A stretch of 64,000 bases of DNA. It comes from an uncultured delta proteobacterium. GTDB lineage: Bacteria; Desulfobacterota; Desulfobulbia; Desulfobulbales; JAGXFP01. Under the pieces are notes generated by a model. That model ran no database searches. It saw only the letters and a list, made by a program, of their open reading frames with translations, and was not told the DNA's origin. Where the stretch lies: contig CAWEAD010000005.1 of assembly GCA_963807225.1 (NCBI GenBank), positions 326,893 to 390,892 of the forward strand. The letters run 5' to 3'. The position numbers and the translations under genes are program-made. Positions 57,391-64,000 of the stretch are shown in pieces; position 1 is the first letter of the stretch; each line of letters opens with the position of its first letter.

Positions 57391-59407
57391 TCAGATCCAC
57401 GGCTCGGTCTCGACAATGTTGATGCAGTTGACCTTCTCACACTTCCACTCCTTGGTTTCGGGGTCGAAGGTGGAGTTAACGAAGGCCTTCCAGTTGGCAT
57501 CATCAACAGTCGGGTAATCGGAGCGATAATAGAAGCCAGGATAGCGGCTTTCTTTCCGGAACTCGATGTGACGGATGTGGGTCTCCACGCACCAGATCCG
57601 GTGGTAGTTTTCCCAGGCACGCATCAACTCATGCAGGTCGCCGGCAGCCATCAACTCGGCATCTTCCCGCAGCATGCGGAGCAGATCCAGGCAGATGTTG
57701 AGCAGCTTGCCGGAGGTCATGTAGTAAGTGGCAACGCCGCCGCCATACTCATCGGTGGCCTTCATCAGGCGCATCATGATACCGGCCGGCTTGCAGTAGT
57801 TGGGGTTGACGTCGGCGGCGGTGGACTTGCCGACATGCTCATGATAACGAACAACCGGGGCGTAGATCTCGGCGGCCAGTTCCTGAGCGGTCTGCTTCAG
57901 TTCGGGCTTGAAGTCTGGCATGGTCGCGGCAGTATTTAACCATCTGCTTGGCAACGATACGACCCTCGGCATGAGAACCGGAGGAGAACTTGTGACCGGA
58001 AGCGCCAACGCCGTCGCCGGCAGTGAACAGACCGTCAACAGTGGTCATGCGGTTGTAGCCCCATTTGTACTGATGGCTACGAGGTCCGTCAACAGTCGGG
58101 ACCCAGTCTTCGTTCGGACCGGAAGTCCAAATACCGCAGCAGCCGGAGTGAGAACCCAGCATGTAGGGTTCGGTCGGCATGATCTCGGAACCGACTTTCT
58201 CAGGTTCGATGTTCATACCAGCCCAGAGGCCGGCCTGACCAACAGACATATCGAGGAAGTCTTCCCAGGCCTCAGACTCGAGATGCTTCCAGAACTTCAT
58301 GACTGACTTCTCGTCCATGCCTTTGGCACGTCGGTCTTCCAGGAAGGCGTTCAAAGCAACGTCGGTAGCCATGTAGATCGGGCCACGGCCTGCTTTCAGC
58401 TCGTTGATCATCAAGTGGTTACGCAGACAGGTCGGGGTAACGGCAGAAGCACCGTAAGGCATGAACTTGGAGAGTTCTTCCTTGACCGCGTCGGAATTGG
58501 CGTAGAACTCGCCCAGACCGTTCTGTACTTTGGCTTTGAACAGAAGGAACCAAGCACCGACCGGGCCGTAACCGTCTTTGAAACGGGCCGGGGTGAAACG
58601 ATTTTCCATCATGGTCAGAGTGGCGCCAACCTGGGCGCACATGGTGTAGGTGGAACCGGCGTTCCAAACCGGATACCAGGCACGACCCTTGCCTTCACCG
58701 GTGGACCGGGGACGGAAGATGTTGACAGCACCGCCGCAGGCGCAAAGAGCAGTCTTGCAACGGAAGACATGGACCTTATTCTCACGGGTGGAGAAACCAA
58801 CGGCACCGGCAATCTGGTTCTTGACGTTTTTGTCAAGCAGCAGCTTGACGATGAAGACACGCTCCATGCAGTTCTCTTCGCCCAGAGCGGACTTGGCCGG
58901 CTCAGCAACGATGCACTTGTAGGATTCGCCGTTGATCATGATCTGCCACTTGCCGGTACGAACCGGCTGGCCGCCTTCACGCAGGGTGGGGGCAGGCTTG
59001 GCGCCGTCCAGGGTCTCGCCGTCGGCGTCCTTCTTCCAGATGGGCAGACCCCATTCCTCGAAGAGCTTGACGGATTCGTCAACGTGGCGACCCAGGTCAT
59101 AGATCAGATCTTCGCGAACCACGCCCATCAGGTCGTTACGGACCATTTTGACGTAGTTTTCAATTTTGTTCTCACCAATATAGGTGTTGATGGCGGAAAG
59201 GCCTTGAGCCACGGCGCCGGAACGCTCCATGGAAGCCTTATCCACCAGTTTGATTTTCAGGTCGGCCGGAGCCCACTTCTTGATCTCGAAAGCCGCGCCG
59301 CAAGCAGCCATACCGCCGCCGATGATCAGAACATCGACGTCGTGCTCAACAACTTCCGGATTCGGATTGGCGGGCAGTTCGCCCAGAGGCTTATTGGGTA
59401 ACGCCAT
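57391..59407 (-). CDS. aprA: adenylylsulfate (APS) reductase alpha subunit, reading frame interrupted as given (span = 3n+1 nt)
   Basis: N-terminal ~497 aa in ORF 57839..59407 (FAD fold VLIIGGGMAACGAA...GASGHKFSSGSHAEGRIVAKQMVKYCRDHA). C-terminal ~175 aa in ORF 57391..58038 from DFKPELKQTAQEL...ESRYPGFYYRSDYP. The frames switch at about 57913-57922. Confidence 0.92.
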
Positions 59408-59453
59408 AGTCGTATCTCCTTAGCTTATATTTGAATTGTTAATATGTGACGGA

Positions 59454-59882
59454 TTATTTGGCCAGCATGGTCGGTACGGGCAGGTCTTTCTCGAGCAACA
59501 ACTTCTCATCGTCGAGACTCGCACCCTTGCCGTCCTTATAAGCATTGGCGGCGCCTTCGGCAGTGGTCCTGATCGGGAACTTGAAGCGTTTCATGTTGCC
59601 GTTACGAAACTTTACAGTCCACATGATGGAGTCGGAACTACGCATCGGATGCACCTGTCCGCCCATGGGTACGAAGTCATTGTATCCACGGACCATAATT
59701 GCACCCTGAGGACAGATCTTCACGCAAGAGTAGCATTCCCAGCACGCATCAGGCTCCTGATTGTAAGCCTTCATCGCCTCAACATTCAGAACCATCAGGT
59801 CATTGGGGCAGATGTACATGCAGGCAGTCTTGTCGCCACCTTTGCAGCCATCACATTTGGAAGGATCTACATAGCTTGGCAT
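59454..59882 (-). CDS. aprB: adenylylsulfate reductase beta subunit
   Basis: 142 aa; MPSYVDPSKCDGCKG...CMYICPNDLM...CWECYSCVKICPQ are the two [4Fe-4S] motifs. SD AGGAGGT. Confidence 0.95.
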   Translation of the reverse strand: MPSYVDPSKCDGCKGGDKTACMYICPNDLMVLNVEAMKAYNQEPDACWECYSCVKICPQGAIMVRGYNDFVPMGGQVHPMRSSDSIMWTVKFRNGNMKRFKFPIRTTAEGAANAYKDGKGASLDDEKLLLEKDLPVPTMLAK

Positions 59883-60151
59883 TCACTTACCTCCTAAACA
59901 AATTTGAATTTTTCAGACCCCGCCAGATGCGGAATCCACGTTTAACTTAATACTTCCTAATGCCGAGTTGAAAAATTGAGGGGCAGTTAAAGCCCGGTAA
60001 AACACCGCGGCCAGGCCCGGCAAGCCAATCCCGCCCGCAATATTTTTTACGTATCAATAGACCTACAGACAACGAATTCTATCTTCTACTTTGGACATCT
60101 TACCCTTCGCAAGAAAAAAATGAAGAGCCACTCATTTTTTTCGCAAAACCT

Positions 60152-60180
60152 TGTATAAATTTTCACCTATTAAAAGTCAA
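60152..60180 (-). promoter_or_regulatory. candidate aprBA promoter
   Basis: Minus-sense TTGACT-N17-TATACA, implying a ~265-nt 5' UTR. Motif match only. Confidence 0.3.
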
Positions 60181-60307
60181 GCAAAAAACTTTTACTGACA
60201 ACGCCTTACAACCCCTTTCACTTACATAGATACAAGGGGTTACGTCTAGCTCGCGACCTCACCTCGCTGAATGGTCTGGCGCTCCATCTCTCTCTGGTCA
60301 AATCAAT

Positions 60308-60336
60308 TTGACAGCGGGACGGCGGATGGTTACAGT
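60308..60336 (+). promoter_or_regulatory. candidate promoter of the 60404 gene
   Basis: TTGACA-N17-TACAGT, ~67 nt before the ATG. Motif match only. Confidence 0.3.
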
Positions 60337-60403
60337 TGCCGTCGTTATCTTCGGCAAAGGTTTGACCTTTTTGCGTAAATTCTGAACACAGGAACCAATA
60401 GAT

Positions 60404-61348
60404 ATGGCGGATTTAAAAACACCCGGACAATTCAGCGGCAAGAGCCTGTTCGGCACCGAGACCAATCCCAGTAATATCATGCCCAGTAAACTGGGTCCTG
60501 ATAGCCGGCTGAAATTCCGTTGTCACCCTAAGGTCTCCTGTTTCACCGCCTGCTGTGGCAATATCAATATTATCCTTACGCCTTACGACATCCTGAGAAT
60601 CCGCCGCGCCCTGAACCTTCCGGCCAGTGAATTTCTTCTGCGCTTTACCACTCCGGTCTACCTGGAAAAAACCGATATGCCCGGGGTAAAAATTCATCTG
60701 GACCAGGACGGCCGCTGTCCTTTCGTCACCCCGGAAGGCTGCACCATCTATCCTTACCGACCCACAACCTGCCGCTATTATCCGGTTGGCATGTCCTTTT
60801 TCCATGAAGCAGCCGAAGGCGGTCTCTCTGAAGAATTCTACTTCCTGGTAAAGGAATCCCACTGCAAGGGACATGAGGAGGAGCTGGTGCAGACCATCAG
60901 GGAATGGCGCCGGGACCAGGGCATCGACGAGTCCGATGAAATGAACAAGGAGTGGATGGAACTGGTCATGCGCCGCAAGTCATTCGGCCTCCAGGCCACC
61001 CTGAGCGAGGCGGCACAGAAGATGTTCTTCATGGCCAGCACCGATCTCGACAAGTTCCGAGACTTTGTCTTCAACAGTACTTTTTTAGACATCTACGAGA
61101 TTGATCAGCAGACCCTGGATGAAATCAAGAGCGACGATATCGCCCTGATGAAGTTCTCCACCAAATATCTTGCCTCTTCCCTGTTCGGCACCAACACCCT
61201 GAAGATCAGGGAAGAAAAAGTCAAAGCCAGGGCCGAGGAGTTGAAAACAACCCAAGGCGAGGCGGAGAAAAAGGCCGAGGAAACCTACCGGACTCTGCGG
61301 AATGACCGGGACAAACTACAGGAAATGATCGCCGGTCAAAAAAAGTAG
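60404..61348 (+). CDS. YkgJ/UPF0153-type cysteine-cluster protein with C-terminal coiled-coil tail
   Basis: 314 aa. N-terminal CHPKVSCFTACCGN...GRCPF...GCTIYPYRPTTCRYYP Cys-cluster pattern. The C-terminal 50 aa are Lys/Glu-rich and helical. Confidence 0.75.
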   Translation: MADLKTPGQFSGKSLFGTETNPSNIMPSKLGPDSRLKFRCHPKVSCFTACCGNINIILTPYDILRIRRALNLPASEFLLRFTTPVYLEKTDMPGVKIHLDQDGRCPFVTPEGCTIYPYRPTTCRYYPVGMSFFHEAAEGGLSEEFYFLVKESHCKGHEEELVQTIREWRRDQGIDESDEMNKEWMELVMRRKSFGLQATLSEAAQKMFFMASTDLDKFRDFVFNSTFLDIYEIDQQTLDEIKSDDIALMKFSTKYLASSLFGTNTLKIREEKVKARAEELKTTQGEAEKKAEETYRTLRNDRDKLQEMIAGQKK

Positions 61349-61428
61349 CTCTGATCCTGTTACATTCAAGGGGGCGAGATCGCCACCTCCAGGCATTGGT
61401 GCAGAAAATCGGCTCCCGACTCCGGGGT

Positions 61429-62850
61429 TTAGCCGGGTTGACTCTCTCCCAGGGTAATCAAAAAAGTCGCACCCTCTCCCGGGGCGCTGACAACCATGAT
61501 CTTCCCCCTATGCTCGTCAATGATATTCTTGACAATGGCCAGCCCTAGGCCGGATCCCCGAATCTTGTCGGTGTAAAATGGCTTGAAGATCTGCTCCTGC
61601 CTATCCGACGGGATACCGGGGCCACTGTCGGAAATGGCTATTTTCACTCCGTTCTTACCGAGCCCGGCCGGACTGAGCACAATCCTCAACCGCCCTTCTT
61701 CGCCCATGGCCTGGATCCCGTTAAGAACCACATTCAGGATTGCCCGGTACAACAGTTCCCGGTCAGCGGCGATCGGTTTCAGTTCGTCTGCGACTTGAAG
61801 TTGGCAGTCAATCCGGCGCTTTACCAGTTCCGGAGCGACGAACTTCAGAACATCATCCACCACTTCCCGCACCGCCACCGGCAATACCCGCATCTCGCGG
61901 GGTCTGGCAAAGTCGAGAAACTCCCTGACGATGCTGTCCAGCCGCGCAGTCTCGTCGACGATCACCCTGCTTAACTGCTCATTGGCCGGTGAATCATGGC
62001 CCAAACGTTTCTGCAGCATCTCGGCGGTACTGCGGATGATGCCCAGAGGGTTCTTGATCTCGTGGGAAACCGAGGCCACCATTTTCCCCAGGCTGGCCAG
62101 ATGTTCGCTGCGGCGCAGCCGGTCTTCCAGAACCTGCCGTTCGCGGGCTCGGACATCGATAATCTGGTCGGCCCGAGCCACAATCAACCGCAGAATAACA
62201 AAGAGGATGAACATGCAGAGGAAGGCGATACCGCTGATCATCCCTTGTAACCTGATGGTGGCACGGTAATCTTCCGACATGTCCTGAACTATTTCAATCA
62301 CCCCCATGATCTGGGCCGGTTGCTTCTCGGATCGGAAAGGAATGTAGGAAATCAATTTACAGTAGGGTTTGGCAACTCCCGGCAACAAACTGAGAATCGA
62401 ACCTCGGACCTCGAGACGAGATGAGGTTTGCCCCTCCTTGGCCTTCAGATAAGGTTCTCCGCCTTCCTCAAGCATACCGACCCGGTCGTTCACAGTACTG
62501 TAGACCACGATGTCTGAGCGCTGATCGAGAATGGTGACCGTCTCGACTTTCATGCCGTGGGTAATATTGCGGATGATCAGATCCAAACGCTTCTGCTGAC
62601 CGGGATGCCGCGGGTCCAGACTGCCGTAACGCAGGAAGGAGGGTAAGACGAAACGGTCATAGACCTGTTGGTTGATGTTGCGGGCGAAAACCAGAGCATA
62701 TTCCTGGCTCCGGCTCAGCATTACCTGATTGGCATGGTTGGAGATCAGGGCCGCCAGAATCGGCGTGAAAATCAGAAAAACCAACAGAGTAGTAAAGGAA
62801 AAAAACTTTACCAGCCCGAAGGGCTTGTCGCTTACCTTACTGAATTGCAT
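61429..62850 (-). CDS. sensor histidine kinase (two TM helices flanking a ~160-aa periplasmic domain)
   Basis: H-box SHEIKNPLGII. HATPase_c N, G1 and G2 boxes (LNVVLNGIQA, DSGPGI, GSGLGLAIVK). Confidence 0.9.
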   Translation of the reverse strand: MQFSKVSDKPFGLVKFFSFTTLLVFLIFTPILAALISNHANQVMLSRSQEYALVFARNINQQVYDRFVLPSFLRYGSLDPRHPGQQKRLDLIIRNITHGMKVETVTILDQRSDIVVYSTVNDRVGMLEEGGEPYLKAKEGQTSSRLEVRGSILSLLPGVAKPYCKLISYIPFRSEKQPAQIMGVIEIVQDMSEDYRATIRLQGMISGIAFLCMFILFVILRLIVARADQIIDVRARERQVLEDRLRRSEHLASLGKMVASVSHEIKNPLGIIRSTAEMLQKRLGHDSPANEQLSRVIVDETARLDSIVREFLDFARPREMRVLPVAVREVVDDVLKFVAPELVKRRIDCQLQVADELKPIAADRELLYRAILNVVLNGIQAMGEEGRLRIVLSPAGLGKNGVKIAISDSGPGIPSDRQEQIFKPFYTDKIRGSGLGLAIVKNIIDEHRGKIMVVSAPGEGATFLITLGESQPG

Positions 62851-62856
62851 GCCTTT

Positions 62857-64000
62857 TTATTCATCTCCGCAAACCCCGCAACGGCGGCAGTTTTTCACAT
62901 CGCAGGCCGGCGTAACCCGTGCGGCCAAGCCCTTTTGATATTCATGCCAAAGATAGTCATGCTTGAGACCCTGATCAATAATTTCCCAGGGGAAAAGCTC
63001 CTCGGGCCCGCGGGCGCGGAGAGCATACTCCCGGGGATCTAGGCCCTGGCCGCGGAAAACCTGTTGCCAGTTGCCCCCCCGACGGGCATATTCAACCAGG
63101 GCTGGAGCCTGCCGACGGTCACCCTTGGCCAGAGTGGCCTGCAGAAAGGCGTTTTCCGGTTTCTCGCCCATGATCTTGAGATTGGCTACACCGGCCAATC
63201 CTCGGCGCAGAGAAGTCAGCTTTTTCTTAAGTACGCCCGGCTCCGAGAAGGGATGATACTGAAAAGGGGTCCAGGGCTTGGGCACAAAGGGGTTGATGCT
63301 GAGCGTCAGAGTAGCCAGACGTCCCCTGCTGCGGCCGGGTTCCGTCATGATCGCCCGAACTTCCTTGACCAGTTCGAGCATCTCTTCCAGATCTTCCTCG
63401 GTTTCAGTAGGCAGGCCGATCATAAAATAGAGCTTCAGGTTAGCGATCCCGGCCTGCACCAGCCTGGTAGCAGCCCCCAGAACATCTTCCCTGGTAATCC
63501 CCTTGTTGATCACCCTTCGCAACCTTTCCGAACCGCCATCCGGGGCGATGGCCACCGTTTTCAGGCCACTTTCGGTCAGCAGCCTTAGAAGCTCCGGGCT
63601 TAGCGCATCGGCCCGCAAAGACGAAAAAGACAGCTGACAGCCCTCGGCCAGTAAGCGCTCGGCCACCGCCTGCAGATCCTCGGGTCGGGCCATCTCCATG
63701 CCCAACAGCCCGACTCGTTTAACTCCGGCGGGGCGCTGTTCGAGTGCCCTATCGATGGCCGCTCTGGACCAAAGACGGGGAGGACGGTAGACAAAGCCGG
63801 CCGCGCAGAAACGGCAACTGCGGCTGCAACCCCGGCCCAGCTCGACCAGGAAGAGGTCGGCAAATTCGGCCGCCGGGCTCAACAGCCGGGAGTAGCCCGA
63901 CTGGTCGCAGTCGGTCAGGGCAACCCGCTTGACCCGCCCGGGCACCTCGGCCAGTGTACGGATCTCGGACAGGAGCCCATCCGACCCATAAAGAAATTGA
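62857..64000 (-). CDS. radical SAM protein (B12-binding-domain family likely), 5' end beyond the window
   Basis: GRGCSRSCRFCAAGF radical SAM cluster motif. The frame stays open upstream of the GTG listed in the track through to position 64000. Terminal CDVKNCRRCGVCG. Confidence 0.85.
   Translation of the reverse strand, partial: QFLYGSDGLLSEIRTLAEVPGRVKRVALTDCDQSGYSRLLSPAAEFADLFLVELGRGCSRSCRFCAAGFVYRPPRLWSRAAIDRALEQRPAGVKRVGLLGMEMARPEDLQAVAERLLAEGCQLSFSSLRADALSPELLRLLTESGLKTVAIAPDGGSERLRRVINKGITREDVLGAATRLVQAGIANLKLYFMIGLPTETEEDLEEMLELVKEVRAIMTEPGRSRGRLATLTLSINPFVPKPWTPFQYHPFSEPGVLKKKLTSLRRGLAGVANLKIMGEKPENAFLQATLAKGDRRQAPALVEYARRGGNWQQVFRGQGLDPREYALRARGPEELFPWEIIDQGLKHDYLWHEYQKGLAARVTPACDVKNCRRCGVCGDE

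Noticed and set aside
57905-57925. Programmed +1 ribosomal frameshifting as the explanation for the aprA, pyrG and rlpA frame breaks.
   Set aside because: The three sites share no common slippery sequence, no in-frame stop or obvious hungry-codon context common to all, and no upstream SD-like stimulator as in prfB. The GCC-AGA-C context in aprA is only superficially Ty3-like. Indel error or mutation is more parsimonious.
58415-59401. Long plus-strand ORF (328 aa) antisense to aprA. Similar shadow ORFs occur at 378..1097 (-), 12611..13264 (+), 36293..37078 (+), 54763..55488 (+) and 56425..57210 (+), among many others in the track.
   Set aside because: Each lies wholly opposite a strongly recognisable gene. 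The translations are Gly/Arg/Pro/His-rich with no motifs and have no SD. These are typical mirror-frame ORFs in GC-biased coding DNA.

Overview
Mostly core housekeeping DNA; gene content suggests a sulfate-reducing or sulfur-cycling Desulfobacterota-type anaerobe (inference only). From 59882 down to 18136, about 60 genes run co-directionally on the minus strand. In order they are aprBA-qmoABC (dissimilatory APS reductase plus Qmo complex), tRNA-Thr/Tyr/Gly/Thr-tuf, rpmG, tRNA-Trp, secE-nusG-rplKAJL-rpoBC, rpsL-rpsG-fusA-tuf, and complete S10, spc and alpha ribosomal operons. These are followed by thiFSGH and an AICARFT-only purH. The right edge holds a divergent YkgJ-type Cys-cluster protein, a sensor histidine kinase and a 5'-truncated radical SAM gene. 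The left 13 kb is more mixed: a DUF1059 protein, an MBL hydrolase, pyrF, lptC-kdsC-kdsA-pyrG, and two nine-heme cytochromes (one translationally coupled to rlpA, one a CbcL-like c/b-type fusion). Worth a second look: (1) a ~2.4-kb AT-rich insertion bracketed by intact pyrF and a decayed copy of the pyrF 3' end, holding an IS30 transposase remnant and an orphan polytopic membrane protein. (2) Three otherwise intact genes (pyrG, rlpA, aprA) are each interrupted by what looks like one extra nucleotide; sequence error is most likely, but aprA and pyrG are important enough to check. (3) The pair of nine-heme cytochromes. (4) Near-identical tuf copies. (5) Strong hairpins punctuating apr-qmo. I found no CRISPR array, defence island or clearly novel multi-gene system. 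Most of the window is ordinary, and function calls rest on my recognition of translated motifs, not on searches.
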